Source: Candidatus Aenigmatarchaeota archaeon (GTDB lineage Archaea > Aenigmatarchaeota > Aenigmatarchaeia > Aenigmatarchaeales > JACQIB01). From it: a DNA stretch of 22,583 nucleotides. Location of the stretch: the NCBI GenBank assembly GCA_043799675.1, contig JAZDNN010000008.1, positions 1-22,583 on the forward strand, read 5' to 3'. The position numbers and the translations under genes were made by a program. A model generated the notes under the pieces. That model worked only from the letters and a program-made list of their open reading frames with translations, did not search any database and was not told where the DNA came from. This document shows positions 8,553 to 16,510 of the stretch, piece after piece. Position 1 is the first letter of the stretch. Every line of letters begins with the position of its first letter.

Positions 8553-9254
8553 GGAAAGCGGATAATCTCAAGGGCACGCGGGCACGGCGGGCCGCGGTAC
8601 AGGTCGCCGTCGCACAGGTACGCCGGCAGATCGACCTATCCCAAACAGGACGGGGCCGCGCTGGTCAAGGACATTGTTCATGATACCGGCAGGGACGCGC
8701 CGCTTGCACTCGTACGGTTCCCGGACGGGAAGGAAAATCTGGTAATAGCTGCGGAGGGAACACACGTGGGACAGACGCTCTATTTCGGACTCGCGGATGC
8801 GCCGGCGAACAGCGGAAACGTGCTGCCTCTGTCGGTCGTGCCGAAGGGAGGCTCCGTGTTCGCGATAGAAATCACTCCCGGCGGGGGTCCGAAGCTGTGC
8901 TGCAGCGCCGGAACGCGGGCGCTGGTGGTGACGCAGGAAGCGAACAAAATCATACTTCAGATGCCGAGCAAGCAGTTCAGGGAACTGAACCCGGATTGCC
9001 GTGCGACCGTCGGAATACCGGCCGGCGGCGGAAGGGGCGATAAGCCTTACGTCAAGGCGGGACAGGTGTACTGGGCATCGTATGCGCGGAACAGGCTGTG
9101 GCCACGTTCAAGCGCAAGCAAGATGAACCCGGTCGACCACCCGTTCGGTGGACACACCAAGCCCGGAACGCCCAAGACCATCAGTACATGGGCGCCGCCA
9201 GGTGCGAAGGTCGGTAGCGTAGGCGCGAGGAGAAGCGGAAGGAGCAAGAAGTGA
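8550..9254 (+). CDS. rpl2: 50S ribosomal protein L2 (uL2)
   Basis: MGKRIISRARG...YRSPSHRY, DIVHDTGRDAPLA, MNPVDHPFGG motifs. Confidence 0.98.
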   Translation: MGKRIISRARGHGGPRYRSPSHRYAGRSTYPKQDGAALVKDIVHDTGRDAPLALVRFPDGKENLVIAAEGTHVGQTLYFGLADAPANSGNVLPLSVVPKGGSVFAIEITPGGGPKLCCSAGTRALVVTQEANKIILQMPSKQFRELNPDCRATVGIPAGGGRGDKPYVKAGQVYWASYARNRLWPRSSASKMNPVDHPFGGHTKPGTPKTISTWAPPGAKVGSVGARRSGRSKK

Positions 9255-9259
9255 TATAG

Positions 9260-9640
9260 ATGGTCAAAATATTCAGCTACAAGGGAAAGAGCATAGAGGA
9301 ACTGCAGAAGATGAGTCTCGAGGATTTTTCCAAGCTGCTCCCTTCGCGGCAGAGAAGGAGCCTCAGGAGAGGCATGACCCCGCTGGAGAAGAAGGTGCTT
9401 GAGAAGATCCGGACCAGCAAGAAGCCGGTAAGGACCCATGAGAGGGAAATGATAATCGTGCCCGAAATGGTCGGGAAGAAGATGAGCATCCATGCCGGGA
9501 AGGATTGGGTGGCTCTGGACATAACCGCCGAGATGCTGGGGCACAGGCTCGGAGAATTTGCGCTTACGAGGAAGAAGGTACAGCACAGCTCGCCGGGAGT
9601 GGGAGCGACCAGGAGCAGCAAGTTCCTGCCGCTGAAGTGA
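9260..9640 (+). CDS. rps19: 30S ribosomal protein S19 (uS19)
   Basis: [43 protein letters not shown]. Confidence 0.98.
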   Translation: MVKIFSYKGKSIEELQKMSLEDFSKLLPSRQRRSLRRGMTPLEKKVLEKIRTSKKPVRTHEREMIIVPEMVGKKMSIHAGKDWVALDITAEMLGHRLGEFALTRKKVQHSSPGVGATRSSKFLPLK

Positions 9641-9649
9641 GATGATGAT

Positions 9650-9706
9650 ATGAAGTTGACAAATTCAACCAAGAGCAATTGGCCGGCAGAGCCGGCAGGT
9701 GCATGA
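9650..9706 (+). repeat. Intergenic double-hairpin element, copy 1 (S19-L22); mini-ORF MKLTNSTKSNWPAEPAGA
   Basis: ATGAA GTTGA-caaat-TCAAC CAA gagcaa TTG GCCGGC-aga-GCCGGC AGGTG CA TGA. Confidence 0.8.
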
Positions 9707-9708
9707 GA

Positions 9709-10116
9709 ATGGAATATGCGATGAAAACCACGAAGGAGATGGCAATCGCCAGCACAACGCTCAGGGCCAGCCCGAAGACGGTGCTGAAGATATGCAGGGC
9801 CCTCAACCGGAAGCAGTTCGCCGTTGCACAGGCGTTCACGGACAAGCTGGTGGCGCATGAGGTGAGCATGGACGGGAAGTTCCATGACAAGGCGGCGGAA
9901 GGGCTTCGACAGTTCCTCAGGGAAGTCGAGAACAACGCGAAACAGAAGAAGCTCGAACCGAAGGAAATGAAACTGATGATAAGCATGCACCAGGCGCCGA
10001 AGATGATGAGAGGAAGGAGACGGAGACGGCACGGGATGCTCATGAAGAACGCTCACGTCCAGGCGGTGCTCGTGCCCGTACAGAAAAAGGAGAAGAAAGA
10101 AACGAAGAAGGCATAA
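9709..10116 (+). CDS. rpl22: 50S ribosomal protein L22 (uL22), divergent
   Basis: LRASPKTVLKICRAL, LREVENNAKQK, NAHVQAVL; position between S19 and S3; alternative in-frame ATG at 9703. Confidence 0.93.
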   Translation: MEYAMKTTKEMAIASTTLRASPKTVLKICRALNRKQFAVAQAFTDKLVAHEVSMDGKFHDKAAEGLRQFLREVENNAKQKKLEPKEMKLMISMHQAPKMMRGRRRRRHGMLMKNAHVQAVLVPVQKKEKKETKKA

Positions 10117-10118
10117 TT

Positions 10119-10748
10119 ATGGTTGTTGAAAGAAAGTTCATCGGCGAGGCGATAAGGAAGAACAAGGTCCACGAGTACCTGGCAGAGGAGTTCTCGAAGG
10201 CCGGGTTCAGCCATGCAGAAATAGCAAGGACCCCCGTGGCGATGCGTGTTACAGTCTGGGTGCAGAAGCCCGGAATAGTCATCGGGCGCGGAGGGAAGAC
10301 GATTGATGCTCTGACCGAGACGCTCAAGACGAGGTTCGGCCTGGAGAACCCGCAGCTCGATGTCCAGGAAGTGCAGGAGCCCGACCTTGATGCCGCAATA
10401 GTCGCCAGGCAGATAGCGGCTGCCATTGAAAGGGGCCTCAACTACAAGAGGGTCGCGCAGCTCACGCTCCAAAGAGTGATGCAGGCGGGAGCCGCCGGAG
10501 TGGCGGTCAGGATAGGCGGAAAGCTCGGAGGGGAAGTCAGCAGGAGGGAAAAGTTCTCCGCTGGCTACCTGAAGTGGGCGGGAGAGCCGGCCGAGCAGCT
10601 CAGCAAGGGATATGCGACCGCGAGAGTGAAGCTCGGTAACATCGGGATACAGGTCAGGATACTCATAGAACAGCCGAAGGACCTGGTTTCAATGAGCAAA
10701 ATAATGGCGCAGCCGCAGCCCGAGCAGAAGACCGAGGAGACGAAATAA
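10119..10748 (+). CDS. rps3: 30S ribosomal protein S3 (uS3)
   Basis: KH motif KPGIVIGRGGKTI, PDLDAAIVARQIA, KLGNIGIQVRI. Confidence 0.98.
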   Translation: MVVERKFIGEAIRKNKVHEYLAEEFSKAGFSHAEIARTPVAMRVTVWVQKPGIVIGRGGKTIDALTETLKTRFGLENPQLDVQEVQEPDLDAAIVARQIAAAIERGLNYKRVAQLTLQRVMQAGAAGVAVRIGGKLGGEVSRREKFSAGYLKWAGEPAEQLSKGYATARVKLGNIGIQVRILIEQPKDLVSMSKIMAQPQPEQKTEETK

Positions 10749-10750
10749 TC

Positions 10751-11020
10751 ATGGCCATAATCAGGAAGAAGGCGATGAGGGAGATGGGCAGGGAAGACGC
10801 GAAAAAGAAAGTCGCGGAGCTCAGGCTCGAGCTCGCCAAGGACAGGGCGCAGGTCGCTGTCGGGGCGTCACCCGTGAACCCCGGAAAGATAAAGGAAACC
10901 AGGCGGGGGATAGCGCGGCTGCTCACGCTGGTGAAGTCGAAAGAGGAAGCGATGCTCAAGCAGGCATTGACAATCAAAGGAAACACAAAAACGAAGAAGG
11001 GGGTCGTCGGGGCTGGCTGA
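10751..11020 (+). CDS. rpl29: 50S ribosomal protein L29 (uL29) with basic C-terminal tail
   Basis: ELRLELAK...NPGKIKETRRGIARLLT. Confidence 0.95.
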   Translation: MAIIRKKAMREMGREDAKKKVAELRLELAKDRAQVAVGASPVNPGKIKETRRGIARLLTLVKSKEEAMLKQALTIKGNTKTKKGVVGAG

Positions 11021-11315
11021 GATCTGCAAGGTCTGCGGGTTCCCGAAGGAGTTGTGCATATGCGGGACACTGGCGAAGGAAGCGGCGAAGGTCAAGATAT
11101 ACACGGTCAAGAGGTCCTTCGGAAAGTCCGTGACCATCATAGAAGGGGTGTCGGAAGGGACCAAGGAACTGGCGAGCAAGCTGAAAACCAAGCTCGCGGC
11201 CGGGGGCACCATCAAGGAAGGACGAATAGAGATACAGGGCGAGCATGCCGCGAAAGTCAAGAAGCTGCTGCTGAACTCCGGGTTCAAGGAAGAGCAGATA
11301 GAGGTAGCGGGGTAA
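11013..11315 (+). CDS. sui1: Translation initiation factor aIF1 (SUI1), probable CTG start
   Basis: (M)AEICKVCGFPKELCICG Zn-knuckle-like N-terminus, FGKSVTIIEG, LKTKLAAGGT, IEIQGEH; no in-frame ATG/GTG/TTG between TGA 10968-10970 and the Cys motif. Confidence 0.92.
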   Translation: MAEICKVCGFPKELCICGTLAKEAAKVKIYTVKRSFGKSVTIIEGVSEGTKELASKLKTKLAAGGTIKEGRIEIQGEHAAKVKKLLLNSGFKEEQIEVAG

Positions 11316-11319
11316 TAAT

Positions 11320-11682
11320 ATGAGTCTAAGCAAAACGAAAAGGGCGAAGATGAAAGAGAAGAACATCGGTTTCTCCTCGGTGAGACCGCAGGAGACATGC
11401 ACCGATTCGAAGTGCCCGTGGCACGGCTCGCTGCCGGTAAGGGGACGGATGATAATCGGAACGGTCATGGCGGTGCGCGCACCGATGACGGCTACGGTCG
11501 AGTGGAACTACACGCGCTGGCTCCCGAAGTTCGAGCGGTTCGAGAGGAGACACAGTCACATCGTTGCGTACAGCCCGACCTGCATAGGGGCCAAGGAGGG
11601 CGACACGGTTAAGATAGCCGAGTGCAGGCCGCTCAGCAAGACCAAGAGCTTCGTGATAATCGAGAGGATGGGAAACAAATGA
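11320..11682 (+). CDS. rps17: 30S ribosomal protein S17 (uS17)
   Basis: CTDSKCPWHGSLPVRG, AECRPLSKTKSFV. Confidence 0.97.
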   Translation: MSLSKTKRAKMKEKNIGFSSVRPQETCTDSKCPWHGSLPVRGRMIIGTVMAVRAPMTATVEWNYTRWLPKFERFERRHSHIVAYSPTCIGAKEGDTVKIAECRPLSKTKSFVIIERMGNK

Positions 11683-12077
11683 AGTCAATATCGGCAAAGA
11701 TAACCGGGGCATTGCAGCCGGGAAGCAGCATGATATGCGCGGACAACAGCGGGGCGGACATGCTGGAGATGATATCGCTCAAGGGATACCACGGCGTCAA
11801 GAGGCGAAGGGCCACGGCAGGCATAGGCGACGTGATAGTCGCCGCGGTGAAGAAGGGCGACCCGAAGATGAGGCACGAGGTTGTGGAGGCGGTCATAATC
11901 AGGCAGAGAAGGGAGTTCCGGAGAAGGAACGGTCTGAGGGTCAGCTTCGAGGACAATGCGGCGGTGCTTGTCAACGAAAGGGGAGAACCGAGAGGGACGA
12001 GGCTCAAGGGCCCGCTCGCGAGGGAAGTGGTCGAGCGCTTCTCCGCCATCGGGAAGATAGCGGCAATAGTGGTGTAA
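11679..12077 (+). CDS. rpl14: 50S ribosomal protein L14 (uL14)
   Basis: CADNSGA, AVIIRQRRE, FEDNAAVLV; ATGA overlap with rps17. Confidence 0.98.
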   Translation: MKSISAKITGALQPGSSMICADNSGADMLEMISLKGYHGVKRRRATAGIGDVIVAAVKKGDPKMRHEVVEAVIIRQRREFRRRNGLRVSFEDNAAVLVNERGEPRGTRLKGPLAREVVERFSAIGKIAAIVV

Positions 12078-12437
12078 ATGAAAAGTGAAAATGCAGGAAA
12101 ACAACGGAAGGCAAGGGCGAACGCAGCCCTGCATGTGCGGCACAAGATGATGGCGGCCCACCTGTCCGAGCAGCTGCGCAGACAGGTGAGGAGAAGGAGC
12201 ATGCCGCTCAGGAAAGGGGACGAGGTGAGGGTGATGCGGGGCAGCTTCCGCGGAACCGTCGGAAAGGTGACGGAAGTCGACCTGAAGGAAATGAAGGCGT
12301 ACGTCGACAGCGTCAAGAGACGGAAGGTAAGCGGGACGGAGGTGCAGGTCGCGCTCGAACCCTCGAAACTCATAATCACGAATCCGGTGCTGGATGACCC
12401 CAGAAGGAAGCTCGTGCTGGAGAGGAAGAGGCAATGA
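12078..12437 (+). CDS. rpl24: 50S ribosomal protein L24 (uL24)
   Basis: KQRKARANAALH, LRKGDEVRVMRGSFRG (KOW), PSKLIIT. Confidence 0.97.
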   Translation: MKSENAGKQRKARANAALHVRHKMMAAHLSEQLRRQVRRRSMPLRKGDEVRVMRGSFRGTVGKVTEVDLKEMKAYVDSVKRRKVSGTEVQVALEPSKLIITNPVLDDPRRKLVLERKRQ

Positions 12438-12496
12438 TGCAAGTCAACGAAGTTGACCAAATGATGATTGGCTGCCCGAGGCAGCAGGAGCTATAA
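12434..12496 (+). repeat. Intergenic double-hairpin element, copy 2 (L24-S4e); mini-ORF MMQVNEVDQMMIGCPRQQEL
   Basis: ATG ATGCAA GTCAAC-gaa-GTTGAC CAA atgatga TTG GCTGCC-cga-GGCAGC AGGAG CTA TAA. Confidence 0.9.
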
Positions 12497-12498
12497 TC

Positions 12499-13191
12499 AT
12501 GGCAAGAATAGGCGGAAGGAGAAGGCTTGTAAGGGCGGAGACCACATGGGCTCCGAGCAGGAAGGCGATAAGGTTCGTAACGGCACCGCGCGGTGCACAT
12601 CCGATGGACAGGAGCATGCCGCTCCTGCTGGTGATTCGGGAGACGCTCGGGCTCGCAGACACCGCCCGCGAGGCGCGCCGTATAATCAAGGGGAAACAGG
12701 TCAAGGTCGACGGCAAGATTTGCAGGGACCATAAGCGCGGTCTCGGCCTGTTCGACACGATGGAAGTGGCGGGCAAGGCGTACAGGATGATCCCGTCACG
12801 CTCCGGGCTGCGAATGACCGAGATAGAAAAGCATGAGGCAAACTCGAAGGTCTGCCAGGTCACGACCAAGACGGCGGTGAGGGACGGGAAGATACAGATA
12901 GGGCTGCATGACGGGAGGAGCATACTTACAGAAAAAAGCGATGCTAAGCCGGGCGACAGCCTGCTGATAGAACTTCCGGGGCAGGCCGTGAAGGAAAAGC
13001 TGCCGCTCGAGGAAGGCGCGATATCTCTCATAACCTACGGTGCCAACGCGGGAAAGCTCGCACGGATACGGAAGATAGAACGCGGCCTGTACCCGAGGGC
13101 GTGGCTGCATGTCGATAACCAGACGTTCGAGGCCCCGCTCGCGGCGGTGATGCCGGTGGGCAAGGAGAAAGCGGTGATAAAAGTTGCATGA
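12499..13191 (+). CDS. rps4e: 30S ribosomal protein S4e (eS4)
   Basis: PRGAH...SMPLLLVIRE, VKVDGK, QIGLHDGRSI, GANAGK. Confidence 0.97.
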   Translation: MARIGGRRRLVRAETTWAPSRKAIRFVTAPRGAHPMDRSMPLLLVIRETLGLADTAREARRIIKGKQVKVDGKICRDHKRGLGLFDTMEVAGKAYRMIPSRSGLRMTEIEKHEANSKVCQVTTKTAVRDGKIQIGLHDGRSILTEKSDAKPGDSLLIELPGQAVKEKLPLEEGAISLITYGANAGKLARIRKIERGLYPRAWLHVDNQTFEAPLAAVMPVGKEKAVIKVA

Positions 13192-13271
13192 ACATCAGGC
13201 ATTGCAGTCTTCAGCTGCCGACAGAGGACACGAGACATTCCTGCCTTCGGCAGGCAATAGAGGAAATATAA
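13188..13271 (+). other. Spacer S4e-L5 with bridging mini-ORF (MNIRHCSLQLPTEDTRHSCLRQAIEEI) and hairpins
   Basis: ATGA overlap with the S4e stop, TAATG overlap with the L5 start; CCTGCC-ttc-GGCAGG hairpin at 13240-13254 just before the GAGG SD. Confidence 0.6.
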
Positions 13272-13768
13272 TGAGACAAATCAGGGTCGAGAAGGTCGTT
13301 CTCAACATCGGTGTAGGTGAGGCAGGGGAAAGGCTGGAGAAGGCGAAGAAGGTGCTCGAGACGGTGTCCAACGGAAGGAAGGTCATAGTCACCAAGGCGC
13401 ACAACAGGACGACGTTCGGCGCCGCGAAGGGCAGGCCGCTTGGAGTGGCCGTCACGCTGCGAGGAAAAGAGGCGCTCGCATTCCTGAAGAAGGCGTTCGA
13501 GGCGATAGACATGAAGCTGCCTGCGCGCGTGTTCGACAGGCAGGGGGACTTTTCGTTCGGAGTGAAGGAGCACATAGGGCTGCCGGGAACGAAGTATGAT
13601 CCTGAGATAGGAATATGGGGCATGGACGTCGCGGTGCGGCTGGCAAGAAGGGGCTACAGGGTGTCCAAGAAGAGGATATCCCACCGCGTCGGCATGAGCC
13701 ACCGCATCACTCCCGAGGAAGCGAGGGAGTGGACGGTAAGAAACCTGGACGTGAAGGTGGAAGAATGA
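13271..13768 (+). CDS. rpl5: 50S ribosomal protein L5 (uL5)
   Basis: [42 protein letters not shown]. Confidence 0.98.
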   Translation: MRQIRVEKVVLNIGVGEAGERLEKAKKVLETVSNGRKVIVTKAHNRTTFGAAKGRPLGVAVTLRGKEALAFLKKAFEAIDMKLPARVFDRQGDFSFGVKEHIGLPGTKYDPEIGIWGMDVAVRLARRGYRVSKKRISHRVGMSHRITPEEAREWTVRNLDVKVEE

Positions 13769-13923
13769 AGCCGATAAAAAAGGACAGGAAGTACGGCAAG
13801 GGGACATATCTCTGCAGGCGCTGCGGGAGATCCGGAGGGGTAATCAGGAAATACGGGCTGATGTACTGCCGCCAGTGCTTCCGTGAAGTGGCCAAGAACG
13901 TCGGCTTCAAGAAATACTCATAG
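13765..13923 (+). CDS. rps14: 30S ribosomal protein S14 (uS14, Zn-binding type)
   Basis: CRRCG...[19 protein letters not shown] overlap with rpl5. Confidence 0.97.
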   Translation: MKPIKKDRKYGKGTYLCRRCGRSGGVIRKYGLMYCRQCFREVAKNVGFKKYS

Positions 13924-13933
13924 GTGTGATGAC

Positions 13934-13993
13934 ATGAAAATCAGCTTCGTTGATGAAAGAAAAATTGGCTGCCAGAAGCAGCAGGTGCTATAA
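13934..13993 (+). repeat. Intergenic double-hairpin element, copy 3 (S14-S8); mini-ORF MKISFVDERKIGCQKQQVL
   Basis: ATGAAA ATCAGC-ttc-GTTGAT GAA agaaaaa TTG GCTGC-cagaa-GCAGC AGGTG CTA TAA. Confidence 0.88.
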
Positions 13994-13994
13994 T

Positions 13995-14381
13995 ATGAGA
14001 CATGACTTACTAAGCGACGCGTTGTCAGCGATACAGAACGGTGACAGGGTCGGCGGCAAGGAAGCGGTCAGCCCGGTATCCAACATGGTGAAGGATGTGA
14101 TGCAGGTGCTTCAGAAGCACAAGTACATCGGGAACTTCGAAATGGTGGACGACGGAAGGGGCGGAAGGTTCAGGGTAAGCCTCTTAGGCGCAATCAACCG
14201 CTGCGGTGCAATCAGACCCCGTTTCTCCATCAAGAAGGAGGAATGGGAGAAATGGGAGCGAAGATACCTGCCGGCCGTCGGGTTCGGCCTGCTCATAGTC
14301 AGCACCAGCAAGGGAGTGATGACGCACGACGATGCCAAGAAGGAAGGGGTGGGGGGAAAGCTGCTGGCTTTCGTTTATTGA
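13995..14381 (+). CDS. rps8: 30S ribosomal protein S8 (uS8)
   Basis: DLLSDALSAIQN, DDGRGG, INRCGAIRPRF, IVSTSKGVMTH. Confidence 0.98.
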   Translation: MRHDLLSDALSAIQNGDRVGGKEAVSPVSNMVKDVMQVLQKHKYIGNFEMVDDGRGGRFRVSLLGAINRCGAIRPRFSIKKEEWEKWERRYLPAVGFGLLIVSTSKGVMTHDDAKKEGVGGKLLAFVY

Positions 14382-14390
14382 GGGATAAAG

Positions 14391-14924
14391 ATGGAAAAAA
14401 CACTGAGCATACCTGCCGGCGTTCATGTCGATATCAAAGGGATGCACGTGACGGTGAAGGGACCGAAAGGGCACCTGCAGAAGGACTTCGCCAGCCCGGA
14501 GTTCGGGGGTCTGGTGAAGATGGAGAATGCCGCCGACAAGGTAAGGATATCGACCGAAGAGACAAAACGAAAATACAAGTCGGAGGTCGGGACCATAGTG
14601 GCGTGCGTAAACAACATGATGCAGGGAGTGACGGCGCCGTGGAAGTACAAGCTCAAGATAGTGTACATGCACTTTCCGGTCACAGTAAAGATGCAGGGCA
14701 GGGAAGTTATGATAAGCAACTTCCTCGGAGAGAAGGCCCCGAGAAAGGCGGAGATAATAGGCGACACAAAGGTCGAGATAGCCGGCGACGAAATAACCGT
14801 TACCGGCATAAATCTGGAAGAGGCGGGGCAGACGGCGGCAAACCTTGAGAGGGCGACCAGGATACTCGCGCGCGACAGGCGCGTGTTCATGGACGGAATA
14901 TTCATCACGGAGAAACCGAAGTGA
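14391..14924 (+). CDS. rpl6: 50S ribosomal protein L6 (uL6)
   Basis: VTVKGPKG, YMHFPVTV, NFLGEKAPR, DRRVFMDGIFI. Confidence 0.98.
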   Translation: MEKTLSIPAGVHVDIKGMHVTVKGPKGHLQKDFASPEFGGLVKMENAADKVRISTEETKRKYKSEVGTIVACVNNMMQGVTAPWKYKLKIVYMHFPVTVKMQGREVMISNFLGEKAPRKAEIIGDTKVEIAGDEITVTGINLEEAGQTAANLERATRILARDRRVFMDGIFITEKPK

Positions 14925-14932
14925 GAAATGAT

Positions 14933-14992
14933 ATGCAAGTCAACTTCGTTGACCAAATGGTGATTGGCTGCCCGAGGCAGCAGGTGCTATAA
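14933..14992 (+). repeat. Intergenic double-hairpin element, copy 4 (L6-L32e); mini-ORF MQVNFVDQMVIGCPRQQVL
   Basis: ATGCAA GTCAAC-ttc-GTTGAC CAA atggtga TTG GCTGCC-cga-GGCAGC AGGTG CTA TAA; 55/60 nt identical to copy 2. Confidence 0.9.
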
Positions 14993-15427
14993 ATGAATCC
15001 AAAGAAAAAACCCGCGTTCCTGAGACAGGAGTGGTTCAGGCACGGGAACATCAGAAAGAAGTGGCTGAAGTGGAGGATGCCGCGCGGCAACAAGAGCAAG
15101 CTCAGGCGGCACTTCATCGGAAAGGGATTCATACCGAGCGCCGGATACGGCGCCCCCGTGGAGACGCGGATGCTCCATCCGAGCGGTCTCGGGGAAGTCA
15201 TGGTCAACAATCCGCAAGAGCTGGCAGGCATCGATGCCGGAACGCAGGCGGTCAGGATCGCCGGGGCGGTGGGCGGAATGAAAAGAATGCTGATACAGAA
15301 GAAGGCCGAAGAACTCAAGCTCAGGGTGCTCAACCCGAGGAAAATCGAACTCAGGGTGAAGACCAAGGAGAAGAAGGAAACGAAAGGCGAGAACAAGCCT
15401 GAGGGTCCAAAGGAGATTAAAAAATGA
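14993..15427 (+). CDS. rpl32e: 50S ribosomal protein L32e (eL32)
   Basis: KPAFLRQEW, WRMPRGNKSKLR, GYGAP...LHPSG, RVLNP. Confidence 0.97.
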   Translation: MNPKKKPAFLRQEWFRHGNIRKKWLKWRMPRGNKSKLRRHFIGKGFIPSAGYGAPVETRMLHPSGLGEVMVNNPQELAGIDAGTQAVRIAGAVGGMKRMLIQKKAEELKLRVLNPRKIELRVKTKEKKETKGENKPEGPKEIKK

Positions 15428-15861
15428 GCAAGCAAAGCAGGACAGCCAATTCGCAAAGGAGAATCGCGTCAAAAATACTGAAGGCCGGTTCCAGCCGAGT
15501 ATGGATGGACCCGAACCAGGCGGCCAAGATATCCCAGGCCATCACCCGGACGGACATACGAAGGCTGATAGACAAGGGAATCATACGCGAGCTTCCCGAA
15601 AGGAAGCCCACGCCCGAGGCCGGTGCAAGAAAGCAGGATATCGGCAGCAGGAAGGGGGCGCGCGGTGCCAGGCTCCGCGGCGGAAAGAAGGAGCCGTGGC
15701 TGAACATAATCAGGCCGCAGCGACAAATGCTCAACGAGCTGAAACCGAGCCTGAAACCGATGGCGTACAGGAAGCTGTACCGGCTGGTCAAGGGCGGGGC
15801 GTTCAGGAGCAGGACGCACTTGAAGAGCTACGTGGAGGAGAAGAAGCTGCTCAATAAGTGA
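15424..15861 (+). CDS. rpl19e: 50S ribosomal protein L19e (eL19)
   Basis: QRRIASKILKAG..RVWMDP, AITRTDIRRLI, GSRKGARGAR, YRKLYRLVKGG. Confidence 0.97.
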   Translation: MSKQSRTANSQRRIASKILKAGSSRVWMDPNQAAKISQAITRTDIRRLIDKGIIRELPERKPTPEAGARKQDIGSRKGARGARLRGGKKEPWLNIIRPQRQMLNELKPSLKPMAYRKLYRLVKGGAFRSRTHLKSYVEEKKLLNK

Positions 15862-15866
15862 TTTAC

Positions 15867-15926
15867 ATGCAAGTTCATGAAATGAACCAAACGATGATTG
15901 GCTGCCAGAAGCAGCAGGAGCTATGA
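15867..15926 (+). repeat. Intergenic double-hairpin element, copy 5 (L19e-L18); mini-ORF MQVHEMNQTMIGCQKQQEL
   Basis: ATGCAA GTTCAT-gaa-ATGAAC CAA acgatga TTG GCTGC-cagaa-GCAGC AGGAG CTA TGA. Confidence 0.9.
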
Positions 15927-15928
15927 GT

Positions 15929-16510
15929 ATGGCAAAAACAGCGCTCTATACGATGCCCCACCGGAGACGGAGGGAGCAGAAGACCGATTACAGGATAAGG
16001 CTTGCCCTTGTCAGGAGCGGCAGCGTGAGGGCGGTCATACGGAAGAGCGGGAGCCACATGACCGTGCAGTTCGTGAAATGGGAGAAGGACGGTGATAGAA
16101 CATTGCTGACCGTAAGCAGCTCGCATCTGGCGAAGTTCGGATGGATGGCCGGCACCGGCAACGTTCCTGCAGCCTACCTGACCGGCCTGCTGGCCGCGAA
16201 GCTTGCGCGCACCGTGGATGTCAAGGACGCGATAATCGATTTCGGGATGCAAACGAACACGAAGGGCAGCAGGCTTTATGCCGCGGTCAAGGGCCTTGTC
16301 GACGGCGGCATCAATGTCCCTCACGATGCGGAGAGGCTGCCGGGTGAGGACAGGATAAGCGGGAAGCACATCGCGGCCTGGTCAGGTTCCGCGAAAAATT
16401 CGTTCACGTCTTATAAGGTCCGGGCTGCCGATTTGCAGAAGCACTTCGCCGAGGTCAAGGCGAAGATAGAGGCGGGAAGCAAAATTGCCGCCAAAGGCGG
16501 GAGCGTATGA
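15929..16510 (+). CDS. rpl18: 50S ribosomal protein L18 (uL18)
   Basis: RRRREQKTDYRIRLAL, NVPAAYLTGLL, KGLVDGGINVPH; alternative in-frame ATG at 15923. Confidence 0.97.
   Translation: MAKTALYTMPHRRRREQKTDYRIRLALVRSGSVRAVIRKSGSHMTVQFVKWEKDGDRTLLTVSSSHLAKFGWMAGTGNVPAAYLTGLLAAKLARTVDVKDAIIDFGMQTNTKGSRLYAAVKGLVDGGINVPHDAERLPGEDRISGKHIAAWSGSAKNSFTSYKVRAADLQKHFAEVKAKIEAGSKIAAKGGSV

Noticed and set aside
13184..13270. N-terminal extensions of L5 (and similarly L22, S8, adk, L14e) running through the spacers
   Set aside because: Homology starts at the downstream ATGs, which have well-spaced SD sequences; the extensions are read-through of spacer sequence.
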